This document shows, in pieces, positions 13,001 through 25,099 of a stretch of 64,000 nt of DNA. The DNA lies in the NCBI RefSeq assembly GCF_003918875.1, contig NW_025765869.1:868001-932000 (forward strand), in the 5' to 3' direction. Both the position numbers and the translations under genes were made by a program. This DNA comes from Haliotis rubra. Taxonomy: Eukaryota. The notes under the pieces were generated by a model that ran no database searches, had not been told where the DNA came from, and was given only the letters and a program-made list of their open reading frames with translations. The stretch's first letter is position 1; the number at the start of each line of letters is the position of its first letter.

Positions 13001-16000
13001 ATTTTTACTTGTTTCACAGATTTCCACAGGACCATATTTGATTTGCTTTTGTATAGTTTATTCCTATGTTTGTGACGGCGCCAAGTGTGGGTAAGGATAC
13101 CCTCACCTTTTCTCAAACATCATCCTTGTTTGACTTGCTTAGGAATTGCAAAGTTGACTTTTTAGGGTGTTGGAAGTAATTGTACGTTATCTTTTTTAGT
13201 TTCAAATTCAGAATTGGTAACACTTTATACTTCGTGGAGAACAAGAGACTTCCGGGATCCGATTCCATTTAACGCCGTTTTACGTTTGCAGCATATATTT
13301 TATATTCCTTTGAAGTTATCTGTCATATGAAAATGGTTGTGGCAGATAGGTCCAGCGGAGAGTATTTCAACATAACATAAACATAAGAATGCCACGTGAA
13401 ATATTGCAGCAAGGTTTATTCACTTCACTTTTTGCAGAATTTCGGCCATAAAGTGTACGCATGGAGTAAGCTATATGGAGATGTTTTTGGGTATGTACAT
13501 ATGTATTTATATATAGATATATATACTGACATTATGCAAAATTAGTTGAGTTCGACTTGTAGTCAGACAAAGAGCAGCTTATAAGAATACGACGAGGAAG
13601 CACCTGTAAGTTAATAACCCGCGCTCGTTACCCATATGACGAGGAACATCAAAAAGCATAGTATTACGGATAAATGAAGTTTATTGTTTTTTAAAAAGAT
13701 ATTATTGTATTGCATTGTGTGAAACAAAACCGTGTGTATAACAGCACGCCTGAAAAGTATTTTGTTTGAACTTTTAACAGATATGAAGTGCCTTGTGATA
13801 TTTAACCATTTATGACGTTGTGTTTTTTGGCAGTGTCTTCCTTGGAAGGACACCCGCCTATGTTATCTCCGATCTTGAAGTTCTGAAACAGGTTATGGTC
13901 AAGAGTTTTGACAATTTCAGAAACCGGACGGTAAGCAATGTGTTTTATTTAGTTATAAAGGAGGCCCCTGAAAACAATAATATCGGCTTTGTGTGCTTTT
14001 AATCTGATTAATTATAGCAATAGTCACGTGGTGGGTGATGTTCATAGCAACTGCTATTAAAACAACCCAAATCTGGATCTTAGGTTCGGAGAAAAGGTTT
14101 TGTAACACACAAATGAAAGAAAGGTTCACCTTTAATTATTTTTACTGTTTCTGTCTGTTTACCTCTTCTGTTTTCGTGGCGGCGGGGTAGCCTAGTGATT
14201 GATGGAATATTGCTAAAAGCAGCGTAAACCCAACTCACTCACTATATTGAAAAGATACAAACTCGATATTTCATAACTGATGCTGTGATATCACAATATA
14301 CGATGACATTCCCTGTAACCTGGGGGGTTATCATTTTCTTTGTGGCAGTAAGGAAACATTTATTCACTTTAAAAAATGACAAGACTTCATTACATCATTA
14401 TTTCCATTGTAAATGTTGGTGGGGTAGTGGTTAAAGCATTCGCTCGCACACCAAAGGCCCCGCTGTGATATTGCTGGAATATTGCTAATAGCGGCGTAAA
14501 ACTAAACTCACTCACATTTCTGTTTTCAGGCATTGAAATTTCCCTTTCCCTTTAATTTATCATTGATAAACTTGGAAGACGCAGCGTGGAAGAGAGTGAG
14601 AAATACCATCAGTCCTACCTTCACTGGTGTCAAACTGAAGCAGGCAAGTGATTCTATTCGTCTTTATATCCCTATGGGTGAATGAATATGCGTTGAGTAG
14701 AATGAATATCAATTACAACTTGACGTATTCCATCCGTCTTTATGCTGCAAAAAATAAATACGCTTTGAGTAGGATGAAGACCAGAACATACCATTGTTGA
14801 AAAAAAGACCTGAACTTATAAGTAAAAAATTCCACACCGTGTACAATAAAAACTGTGGCCTATGAACTTGAGATGTCAAGAGGTTTGACGTCGAATTCAG
14901 TGTATGTAGAAAGGTGCATGCACGTCTCTGTGTCTGACTTCTTCCACGGGGCTGGTGTACGTTTTAGAGATAAGTAGTATCACAATGTTTGACTCTATAA
15001 GTATTGTAGAAAATATGGTTTTTCTCTTCTCTGTATTTAGATGTGTGGATCTATCAACGATTGTGGAAGGACTCTTACAACAAACTTCTCAAAGGTCATG
15101 GGGGAAAACCGTGGAATCAATGTAAAAGAGTGAGTGCATTGTTTGTTGTTTGAAGGTATATATATATATATATATATATTATTTTATTTTATTTATTTAT
15201 TTATTTTAAATCTTTTTATTTGTTCCCATAATATTGAGTACAAGCATATAAAGTAAAGCAATAAATGCATAAATACATGATCAAAGTTCATTGGGTTCAA
15301 CAAAAATGTTAGGTCAACTGATAGCATAGAGAGAATATACTCCAGTAAAATTATTCCCCTTTGATTAAAGATTACGTCAGAAATTAAATATTGAGAATAA
15401 AGGAAACCATTTGTCTGAAAATTTATCAGATTTATTGTTCCTTCTGGATATGAAATTTTCAACCGTATAAATGTCTTTCAAAATTTTTGAAATATTATTA
15501 ACTTTTGGAATCATTTTCCTCAAAGTGCAAGTATATATATATTTTTAGCAGATAAGAATATATGATTTAGTAATGGCTTATTACCCAAAATTCCAAACCA
15601 AAGCAAGGTCTTTGTTATTTCAAATTTCTGTATATTTTGGGTTATCCAGTTTTCAAGTTCCTTCCAGAAGGTTTGGGTTACAATACATTCCCAATATACA
15701 TGACATAAAGTTTCACTATCAACATTACAAAGGCTACATACTGCATTGTCAACCAGTTTCATTTTCATAAGTTCTTTTTTTGTATAAATAATTCTGTGCA
15801 AAAATTTAAATTGAAAGTCTAAAAGTTTTATATCTTTCACATTCCTTCTGCAAATATTAAAAATCATACGCCAATCAAAATCAATATCGTAAAATAAGTT
15901 TTCCCATTTGAGGCAAATGTGAGGTTTAATATTGTCAGATAAGAGTTTATCATAAAATAATCTTGAACCTTTTCTCAAATCCATAAAATCTTTATGAAGA

Positions 16001-19000
16001 AAGTTATCATCCAGATCATTGTTATGTATATTTCTGTATTGTTTTATGGTCAATTTCCATGATTCAGGTATGATATAGAAAACATATCGAAGATCCATAT
16101 ATGTACCTCTAAAATCAAATTTGAGCTTCAGATCTTCAAGAGACATAAAACCATCTTCATTACAAAGGTCCTTAATTGTTAAAATTCCATTTTTAGCCCA
16201 ATGCTTGATAAAGTGATTTGGGTTTTTGAAATTATCATTCAGCCATAAAGGTTGTGCTAAAATTCCTTTAATGTTGTCTGCTTCTATGGTATTCTTATTA
16301 CAGTATAATTTCCATGCCAATAATACATTTTTCCAAAAAGGATTATCAATTTCAACAATATTCTGAAAATTTGCTCCATATTTTAGTATATCATTTAATG
16401 GAAAATTGCATGGATTACTCATATTTGTTTTTCTAAAATAGAGTCTGAGTGAGAATAATTTCATGGCATGAACAAAGGTTTTAATATCTATCATGCGTAA
16501 ACCCCCTTCTGTATAATCCTTTCTCAAAGTGCTCCGTTTAATTTTATCATTTTTGTCGTTCCAAATGAATCTGAAAAATAGTCTCTCAAGGCAAGTGATA
16601 AATTCATCAGGTGGATTAGGTAAAGAATTGAAAATGTGAACCAGTTTTGAAAGAGCCAATGTTTTAATTACAGTGATTTTGCAAATCAGTGTGAGATGTA
16701 TTTTTCTCCATGTTGCCATTAATCTATTAATTTCTTCAAGTCGTTTTCTTGTGTTGATTACCCATAAGTCATTCAAATCAGGTGTGAATTTAATACCCAA
16801 AACTTCAAATTCCTTTCTTTGCCATTCTATATTCAAATCTTCACAAATCATATCTCTGCTACCTGCATTTGAGCCTATCCAGATTGCTTTAGTCTTATCG
16901 ATATTTATCCTTAACTCTGACATATTGTAAAAAGTATTAATGGTATCAATAGCAGCATACAAACTTTCATCTGAACCATCCAAAAATAATTCAGTATCAT
17001 CAGCATATTGTCCTAATTTATATTTCTGAACATCAATTACAATACTCTTTATATCATCATTTTGCCTTATCATACATCCAAGGATTTCAGCTACAAAAAG
17101 AAACAAATATGGCGATATTGGGTCACCTTGCCTGCAACCCCGCTCATTAGGGAAGAAATCGGAGAGATGTCCATTCTTAATAACACATGATGTTGTATCA
17201 TAAGTTAATAAATTAATCTAGCGTATAATCTGTGGCCCAAAACCAAATTTTAGTAAAACAGAGATGATAAAATCTTTAGAAACTGTGTCAAAAGCTTTTT
17301 CGAAAACAATTAAAATCAGCAGACCAGGAATATCTCTTTTCTTTGTTTCAAATATAAGATCATATAATAACCTTGTATTTTCACTAAGAGTTCTACCCGG
17401 TATGAATCCAGTCTGGTTATTATGTATCAAAGAGTCTAAGGTGATTTTTAACCGTTTAGAGATACATGCACTAATTATTTTATACAAAGCATTTAATAAA
17501 GTAATTGTTCTCCAGTTCTTTAATAAGGCCATATCTTTATTAGCTTTAGGTATACGAGTGATAACTCCTCTCTTCATGGTAAGAGACATCTTATTTCTTC
17601 TTGAAACATCATTGATAAATCTGACAATCCAAATTTTGAGTTCTTTCCAAAAATCTATAGGAAATTCATCAGTTCCAGGGCTTTTGTTATTCTTCATACT
17701 TTTTACTGCAAATGATATTTCATTCATATCTATTTCTTTTTCCAAATTGTCTCTAAATTGGTCACTCAAGATTGGAATTATTACATTGTCTAAGTGGTCA
17801 TCGTTTTTATAATTCTTGTCTGAAGAATGAAGTTTTTTATAAAATTCTTTCAGTTCATTTAATATTGATTTACTGTCAGTAATTTCCTCATTCTTATCTG
17901 TAATAACTCTATTTATTGCTTTGCTGACATAATTTCTATTTTCTAAATGGCAGAAGTATTTTGTTGCTGTTTCTCCTTCTTCATACCATAAGATTCTGTT
18001 TCTAGGTTGAATTCCTCTTATCTCTTCTTCTTTAATTTGTTGTAGTTCCAATTTTAATTTTGTAAGGTCAGATAGTAGGGATTCATTAATATTTTGGAAA
18101 TCTTTTCTAATATCATCTTCACAGTCTTTGATTATAATTTCCAATTCACTGGTCTTATTTATTGTTTTCTTTTTGAGGAAAGATGAAAAAGAGATTGATT
18201 TTCCTCTTACTTTCATCAGAAAAGTTTCCAAGAATGAGCTTTCATCAATCTTCAATTTAATATCCGAATCATCAACATTTTCACCATTATGTTCAGTATC
18301 TAAATATTCTTCAGTTGTATCCCTCAAGATTGATCTTACTAAATCAGCATATTCAGGATGTAAGAGTAAGGAAGTGTTAAATTTCCAATAACCCCTCCCT
18401 CTTTCTTGGTTGATAGTGTTTGAAAAAGTAAAGCTACTGGCTGAATGATCTGTTTTATAACCAGGTATGATATCAGTCAAATATTAAAGGTATATATAAG
18501 GTATATTTTGTTTCTTTATAATTTAATGTGGAGAGGTATATCATACAATTCCCAAAGATTAATCCTTGTGCGAAAAAGGGGTTCACGAACCTAGAGATAA
18601 AATTGAAAAGAAAATCCGTGGAACACACCCAGAGATTACACCCCCATGTATTGTTTTATTATTATTGCTGGATTATTGCTGAGAGCAACAAACGGATAGG
18701 TCAAACTGTGTAAATAATCAACTCCGGGAGAGACAATCCAGTAACTACGAGAACAGAATATGACAAATCTTCAGAATGACAAACCAGACATGGGAAAACA
18801 TAAACTTTAACTTCTAGTATAAAACTATTGAAATTTTGTTAAGGATCAGTACTTTCAAATGGTCTTCTTCACATTCTGTGCATCCTTTGAAATGGTGAGT
18901 GCGTCATTGAGTTAACATTGCTTTAAGACGCATCAGCATTGTTGCAGCTATTTGAAACATCCACGTTAAGTCGTGTTCTACTGTCTCAGTGACTGACTGA

Positions 19001-20035
19001 CTGAGTTTGGCTTTACGCCGCTTTAAGCAATATTCCAGCAACTTCACGGCGGGGGGCACAAGATATGGGCTTCACACGGTGTGCCCATGTGGGGATTCGA
19101 ACCCGGGTCTTCGGCGTGACGAGCCAAAGCTTTAACCACTAGACTACCCCACCGCCCCGTTCAACTGTATCACACCACTGCAGCAAACAGTATGAAACTA
19201 ATCAGTCGGAACATCCGTTTAAACAAATCCTTGTGATAGGAACCCCACATACCCAATCCAGGCAGAAGTGCATACACATCATGCTGTCGACTGTCGTGCA
19301 ATGATGTGATAATGATGTGCAACGACTCCCTCAATGTGTCCTATCACATATTTGCAAGGACCTTGTGTACATTGCGTTATGACTGCAAACCTCTGAAGGT
19401 TCATCAGGGCAGTGAGGTCCTTTGGGATTTATCAAACCAGGGTATTTTAATCATTAACTGTTGGAAGGTTGTTTTATTTCATCGAAACTTTGCAGCATAT
19501 ACTTTCAGTAGTATAATTAGAAATGTTTTTTCAGCTACTTTGGAGCTTTCTCTATGGATGTGATTTGCCAAACTGCCTTTGGGATTAAGGTTGATTCACA
19601 AACTGATTTCAACCACCCGTTTGTCGTTAATGCTAAGAGGTTATTCCAACCAACAAAACTAGCACAGGCTTTCTCGGTAGTGTCAGGTAAGTGAAAAGGA
19701 AACTGACCTAAAATACCAGTTAAAGTAACTTTATCTCCATGCTAAAACCCCTGTAACAGTAATAAACACTGTTTTTCTCTCTACTGTTTGTAAGTAGCTT
19801 TTCACAATATCACGGCGGGAACGCCAGAAATGGGCATCACGGTATACCTGGGCATTATATTTAAAGGTTCAAATGGAGGTTTATTTCTGTTTAAAGGTGC
19901 AGTTCCACCACTTGAACCGATCATCGCTAAGCTCGGCTTGGGAGTCTTTCCACGGGACACCATAGACTTCTTTGAGACGATCACCAGTGAACTGATGAAA
20001 CAGCGAGGAAATGATAAAACACACCACCAACAGGT

Positions 20036-20072
<37 letters not shown>

Positions 20073-22891
20073 CACCTATCATTTAACCATACAACATGTA
20101 AAATTGTATAGTTTGTGTTTCGTGCGACGGCACTAACAAACATGTTTTCTATATTTATAGGGAACAGACTTCCTGAAACTGATGATGGATGCTTCAATCG
20201 AGGGAAAAGATGACAACGCTAATGATCAAACGGTCAAACATTCAGTCAGGCGTAAGTAGGCACTTTATGTCATGGTTTTCGCCCTGGAAGGTATGGGTTT
20301 CGCACTGGGGTGCGTCACCTAAAAAGGTTTGGGGAACATTTCATTCCAGTGGTTGAGGTTGACTCAATTTCTTGTCGTCCCGGGACAGATTACCACTATA
20401 CAGTATTGGACAGGGAATGGGACTCCATTGCTTCTGCCATTCATTCTTCTGTCATTTTAAAACGACAAAGATACCTTCTGACGTCATCGCATTATTACTA
20501 ATAAAAATATGCTGCCATCTACTTTTCATCGTTTCTATGGTTACCTCGATAGCGTCAGCATGACACGCATCTATTTTTCGTAACTATGCACACACTTCCA
20601 TTGTGCAATGAGAGATGTATGATATTCATACAACGTAGGTGATGTGGCAGATGTTCATTAGACTTGTATGAAGTTCACATTTTGTTCTCTGTGCACAAAA
20701 ATACAATGTTGAAAAGGAATGACATAAGTTTCAACTTACAGATCTATCGAGGGATGAAGTAATTGCTCAGTCCATAACGTTTTTTATCGCTGGTTACGAA
20801 ACTACAGCGTCCACCCTTACCTTCATATCTCACTGCCTGGCCATGAACCCGGATGTACAAGAGAAGGCCTACAATGAAATCAAAGAAATGTTGGGAAATG
20901 TCAGTATCAATATGTACAAGTTGCCTTTGAGTTAAAGGTGTACAGTCATTTTCTATCTGTTGTTTTCAGTCTCGTTTATGGAGTTTGTTGGTCTTTGTAG
21001 TAGTTTCGATAATTTATTGATCAACTGTTTCATTGACTGACATTATGAAATATGAAGACACATTACTATTACAACTCAAACGTTATAATTACTCATCCAT
21101 ATACTGGATATTAACAGTCTGTGTTTGTTTGTTAGGAAGAACCAACCTATGAGAACATTGGGAAACTGAAGTATTTGGACAACGTGATCTCAGAGACGCT
21201 CAGACTCTACCCGCCAGGCTATTTGTAAGTGACAAATGTTTTACAATAGGAGTGTTAAGACAAGTTACATTACTGTCCAGTATTGTGCATCACGTTTATA
21301 GCATAAGGCCACTACAGTTTAGGGCGACCAGTTACAAGGTTAGGATTCCTGGTTAGAATGGTTCCCAGCAATCGTTGCTGGTCGTTAGAGATGACAATGA
21401 TGATCGTATGGACAGGCATGATCTTTGATCACAATAGTCAATATTTCCTTGCCTGTTCCAGGATCGATTATATACATATAGCTGGAATGTTGATTAGTGA
21501 ACTACACATATTTAACTGACTTTGTAAACAGAGTCAGCCATGATTAGTGTGAGTCTGTTTCGTCACACTGTAGTATACTAGTCTGAATACTATTCAAAAT
21601 GGCGTTAAACCCAACTCATTCACTGACATAACATGATTAATAGCTACCAACTGTAATGAACAGTACGATCTTGAACATTACTGATTGTATGATAATGCCC
21701 CGTAAATACATTTGCTAAAAAACTCATAAAATATCATCTTGAGGGTCAATGGACATTTTACAACATGCTCCAAGCTGATCCAGACTTCTTTTTTAGGATC
21801 ACCCGGTCTGTTTCTGAGACCATTGAGATCAAGGGCCTAACTTTCTCTAAGGGTCAAACTGTCTTCATTCCTGTGATGGCTATACACAGAAATCCTGAGC
21901 TCTACGAAGATCCTGATTCCTTCAAGCCAGAAAGGTATGGGGCTGACATTGGTAGTTGGTGATTTTAAAACATGCAAAACAAACAGTTCCCGAAAATATT
22001 GGTGAAAAAATATACGGCGTCAGTCGTAGGGGTGGGTATTGCAGAGAATTTTCATATTGCGATATATTGCGATGCGGAAGCATATATTGCGATTAGTCTC
22101 TCGTACAGACCCTGAAGCAAATATATCCAAGAAAGCCCACGCAAGTCTAGAAAATGTGGCAAGTCTAGATTTTCTCAATGAAGAAAGTCTCAGGGCTCCT
22201 TTTCATTATATTTTATTTTTTTTTACTATGAACTTTTTTCAGTAAAATATTTTCATTTCAGAGACTAGTTGTTAGTCTAATATTGCGATATGCATTGCAA
22301 TATATTGCAAGGATTATATTTTTAACAAAAACTAATTATAATCGAGTTAATGCTTGATTATAAGCAAAAACACAACAAAATCACTATGATTGATTAACCG
22401 TTTATAAAAAACTTTTAATCATGACAAAATAAAAATGTAATTAACATTTGGCACTAAGGAAACAGGGAAAAGAACAATTAAAAATACGGAAATATCCGAA
22501 GATTTCCGAGTGTTACGAAGTTTTCCGAATGCATGTCAAAATACCGGTTTTCGATCAGCGTATCGCAATACGTATCGTTTTCATGTCTGAACCGGTAAAT
22601 ACCGGTAAACCGGTTATATTGCGCAGCCCTAGTCAGTCGTATCTGAATCCGTTGCGCAGAGTTGGGTCGCTGAGCATGTTAGAGACCTATGATGGTAGGT
22701 TCAAATTTCGATCTGGAGGAGTTTCCGACATTCGTCAGCGCCATATAGCCATACTCGTGGGATTCACAACTTATATCATAGCAAACGTCTAAAACCTGCA
22801 TCCCTTGGAGCTTTCCTCCAGCATAAAGTTGGTACTCTCTGAGGAAACTGAAATACCTTTCAAAGCGGCGTTATACACCAAAGGAGAGTAA

Positions 22892-22958
<67 letters not shown>

Positions 22959-23965
22959 ACACACAGAGTGAGAGAGAGAGAGGTGCACAAGTCTTGTTCA
23001 TGTTCACTTTGCACAGGATCCTACATATTTTGATACGACTACTTTTGAGTATTTGTTATCTGCGCTTTAATATCGTACATGTGTTCTTAGCGTTGACTTA
23101 AATGTTATATTTGAGTAACTGCAGGAATCTGTACTTCAGGTTTGAAGATCAAGACAAAACTATGGCCTTCCAAGCTTTCGGGTATGGACCAAGGATCTGT
23201 ATTGGGATGCGGCTAGCCCTGACTGAAGTTAAAGTAGCCTTGATCAATGTTCTGAGGGCAGTGAAGTTTGAACGCGTGCCCGATACACCGGTAAGATTCC
23301 TCCATTAACATGTTTCACAAGCACATATTTTATCATCTTTTTATTATCCAACACGTGTGAAGAACAATAAAAAAATGACTTGTGTAAAAAATGAAACAGA
23401 TTTTTACACAGACCACATTATCATACAACGTCTTGGTTATCAAGCAAACGTCCGGATTTTCATGCGTCTGGGCTCTCGTGCAAAGTTCATGCTACGTTAG
23501 AGTTATGATCCAAACTACTGTTCTTCATGCAAGCGTACAGCGCCCCTTCAGTTTAACATAGTACATTGGCCAGTTTACCATACAGATTACGTCTTTGAAA
23601 GCATGCAAACCCACATTGGTTTTGACAGCACAAACTTGAACACATTCTGTGAACTGAATAATTAGAAAAAGCCCCAAACAAACTCAGTTCTCTTTTGGTT
23701 AGAAAAGAAATTTTGATTCCCAGCTTTCTAGCGAAATGCTGAAACGAAACGACTTTGTAATGGAAAAAAGGTTAGTTAGTTTCTGAAGGTAGTTCATAGA
23801 TAATTGCTTTCCCGTTTAGGTCATTGACAAAAACTATGACCTCCCATTCATGTTACAACTGCATATGTCTTGGTTTGTTCACAGGAAGTACTGACGTTTG
23901 GTCCGAACCCAAACGTTCTTCAAACAGACATTGACATCATACTGAAAGTGTCTCCAAGATGTTGA
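6147..23965 (+). CDS. Cytochrome P450, clan 3 (CYP3A-like), complete 14-exon gene, 503 aa
   Basis: Exons 6147-6220, 8935-9022, 13438-13490, 13834-13930, 14530-14643, 15041-15129, 19535-19686, 19897-20033, 20161-20251, 20742-20899, 21136-21224, 21797-21934, 23140-23290, 23885-23965 join in phase to 1512 nt. N-terminal TM anchor, PGP hinge, WKRVR C-helix, AGYETT I-helix, ETLR K-helix, PERF, heme motif FGYGPRICIG. Confidence 0.95.
6690..6931 (+). mobile_element. SINE family B (acccgtgaag...cttgtcgtaagagg.gactaa... core)
   Basis: Homologous to 2187-2295, 40631-40874, 50240-51001 and 60545-60787. Confidence 0.85.
6973..7001. repeat. (GT)n microsatellite
   Basis: Read directly. Confidence 0.95.
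7123..7425 (+). mobile_element. tRNA-derived SINE, family C
   Basis: A box gtggtgtagtggtta; homologous to 44363-44717. Confidence 0.78.
8935..9022 (+). CDS. CYP exon 2 (YGTWNYNYFKKQGIPGPAPTPCVGNNVGQ)
   Basis: ttttacag acceptor, gtaggt donor, proline hinge. Confidence 0.93.
9575..12279 (-). mobile_element. Tc1-like DNA transposon, internally deleted and rearranged, in CYP intron 2
   Basis: About 28-bp TIRs tactgacac.cattgaaaacg.aaaacc with TA flanks; transposase remnants MPRLSEQQREQAIGML...HFGVSPSTINRL...DRP (starts 11984 and 10465) and C-terminus ...SMPRRLRAC.QAQGGHPRY* (stop 9768). Confidence 0.9.
10524..11469 (+). repeat. 946-bp direct copy of 2794-3739 inserted between duplicated Tc1 segments (9948-10531 and 11467-12050)
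   Basis: Constant offsets of 7730 and 1519; apparently identical, with one mismatch seen in the 584-bp duplicate. Confidence 0.93.
12313..12427. repeat. Small inverted-repeat element with a G-rich loop
   Basis: 23-bp arms tcatggcaataatggttgtcacc / ggtgacaaccattattggcatga. Confidence 0.55.
12819..12933. mobile_element. Palindromic MITE of about 115 bp
   Basis: 49-bp near-perfect arms; a second copy lies at 46461-46574 and a degenerate relative at about 31730-31835. Confidence 0.8.
13438..13490 (+). CDS. CYP exon 3 (NFGHKVYAWSKLYGDVFG)
   Basis: tttgcag / gtatgt; 53 nt; phase fits both neighbours. Confidence 0.9.
13834..13930 (+). CDS. CYP exon 4 (VFLGRTPAYVISDLEVLKQVMVKSFDNFRNRT)
   Basis: ggcag / gtaagc; F.NR motif. 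Confidence 0.93.
14178..14515 (+). mobile_element. Two internally deleted SINE A copies flanking a unique spacer
   Basis: Heads at 14178 and 14414; tails at about 14240 and 14515. Confidence 0.7.
14530..14643 (+). CDS. CYP exon 5 (ALKFPFP...WKRVRNTISPTFTGVKLKQ), GC donor
   Basis: ttttcag acceptor; WxxxR motif; donor cag|gcaagt. Confidence 0.92.
15041..15129 (+). CDS. CYP exon 6 (MCGSINDCGRTLTTNFSKVMGENRGINVK)
   Basis: atttag / gtgagt; 89 nt. Confidence 0.9.
15165..18486 (-). mobile_element. 5'-truncated L1/Tx1-like non-LTR retrotransposon in CYP intron 6 (defective)
   Basis: ORFs 17218-18480 and 15520-17106: end of the endonuclease (TDH), GYWKFN, KSPG, QGDPISP, YADD, C-terminal CxxC..H...C knuckle; A/TA-rich tail; TSD aaggtatatata at 15153-15164 and 18487-18498. 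Confidence 0.93.
18989..19158 (-). mobile_element. SINE family A, (AGTC)n tail variant
   Basis: Matches the family consensus. Confidence 0.85.
19535..19686 (+). CDS. CYP exon 7 (YFGAFSMDVICQTAFG...)
   Basis: ttttcag / gtaagt; E-helix motif MDVI..TAFG. Confidence 0.93.
19897..20033 (+). CDS. CYP exon 8 (AVPPLEPII...NDKTHHQQ)
   Basis: ttaaag acceptor (an in-frame alternative lies 6 nt downstream); gtatga donor. Confidence 0.88.
20041..20070. repeat. (GA)15 microsatellite
   Basis: Read directly. Confidence 0.95.
20161..20251 (+). CDS. CYP exon 9 (GTDFLKLMMDAS...)
   Basis: ttatag / gtaagt; DFL.LM motif. Confidence 0.92.
20742..20899 (+). CDS. CYP exon 10 (I-helix AGYETT)
   Basis: ttacag / gtcagt. 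Confidence 0.95.
21136..21224 (+). CDS. CYP exon 11 (K-helix ETLRLYPP)
   Basis: gttag / gtaagt. Confidence 0.95.
21797..21934 (+). CDS. CYP exon 12 (ITRSVSE...DPDSFKPER)
   Basis: ttttag / gtatgg. Confidence 0.95.
22027..22631. mobile_element. hAT-type non-autonomous element in CYP intron 12
   Basis: TAGGG...CCCTA termini, 8-bp TSD gtcagtcg, subterminal atattgcgat and accgg repeats. Confidence 0.85.
22895..22981. repeat. (CA)n then (GA)n microsatellite
   Basis: Read directly. Confidence 0.95.
23140..23290 (+). CDS. CYP exon 13 (heme-binding FGYGPRICIG)
   Basis: cttcag / gtaaga. Confidence 0.96.
23885..23965 (+). CDS. CYP exon 14 (EVLTFGPNPNVLQTDIDIILKVSPRC*)
   Basis: ttcacag acceptor, TGA stop. 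Confidence 0.9.
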   Translation, partial: EVLTFGPNPNVLQTDIDIILKVSPRC

Positions 23966-24132
23966 AAACAGCAAAAATGCAACGACAGTTCCCAGGATGT
24001 ATCTGAGACTATGATACAAATTGTGTACATATTACGACCACCAAACCAATGAATATATACGCTGTACCACTTTACGTCAGTGGTCATTGATATTGAATCT
24101 TTTCATTCTTGAACTTTGATTGTTTTGTAATA

Positions 24133-24260
24133 CGTCACGCCGAAGACCCGGATTCGATTCCCCACATGGGTACAATGTATGAAGTCCATTTCTGATGTTA
24201 CCCGTCGCGATATTGCTTGAATATTGTTATAAGGGGCGTAAAACTAAATTGATTCATTCA
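24133..24260 (+). mobile_element. 5'-truncated SINE A in the CYP 3' UTR region
   Basis: B box and body match. Confidence 0.75.
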
Positions 24261-25035
24261 CTACTAGCGGGAAACGGGAAACATATTCAAGGAGAATGTT
24301 GGGACTCTCGACTTCAGAGTTTAGATGACTTTTCTTCCATTGACCCGGAATCAGTTAATGCCCGCATTCAAGTGTATACATTTCAGATACTCTCCTGCTT
24401 CCGTGACATACGGAAATGTCTACATCTCATTATAACTACTGAATACATTTTACCATTAGTTACTGTAATAATACATAGTAAAGACGATATTTAAACACAA
24501 GAGGGTGTTTAACACAAAAAGAGAACAAGGAATTTTAAATATTCATTTGTCTGTCAGGCAAAATCACGTATAATCACGACACTACCGCTGTCATAGAACA
24601 TATATTGTACATGGTTAATATCTTAATGTTTGCGCTGTGTGTATTCATACCAATACGCCGAACATATTCTATCAGCTTTTCAATGTTCAATTGTATACTG
24701 TATCAAATCAAGATGTCAACATAACCATGGGTCTACCGCCGACATGTAACGTATATTGTAGATCTATAATTGTATTTTAATGTTTGTGCTGCGTATATTC
24801 ATGTAAATGCATTGAACATATTCTAACTGCTTACACATTCAGTTGCACATTTGGTGTAGTATCTGTAGCTGGAAAGTCAAGCACGAAAATATAGTGGTAA
24901 TGCTTGTAATTCAGATGAACATGTATTCATACAGAATTCTCACGAATGAGTCTAATTTGCTTTCTTTACGTACTTTTAAAAGCTCTTAATGCTGCATGTT
25001 TGGTGTTCTTTATTTGCCTGTATTCATTTACACTG

Positions 25036-25041
25036 AATAAA
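25036..25041 (+). terminator. Candidate CYP polyadenylation signal
   Basis: AATAAA about 1.07 kb after the stop, followed by T/GT-rich sequence. Confidence 0.4.
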
Positions 25042-25099
25042 CTCAATAGAATGCTTTTCTGTTCATGATCCAAAGAAGTGTTTTCGTAGTACCACCACT

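Noticed and set aside
17264-18391. Plus-strand ORFs of 182 and 87 aa
   Set aside because: Antisense shadows of the LINE ORF2
24582-24850. Degenerate 151-bp dimer in the CYP 3' region (and a 155-bp dimer at 43919-44183)
   Set aside because: Old local duplications with no sign of function
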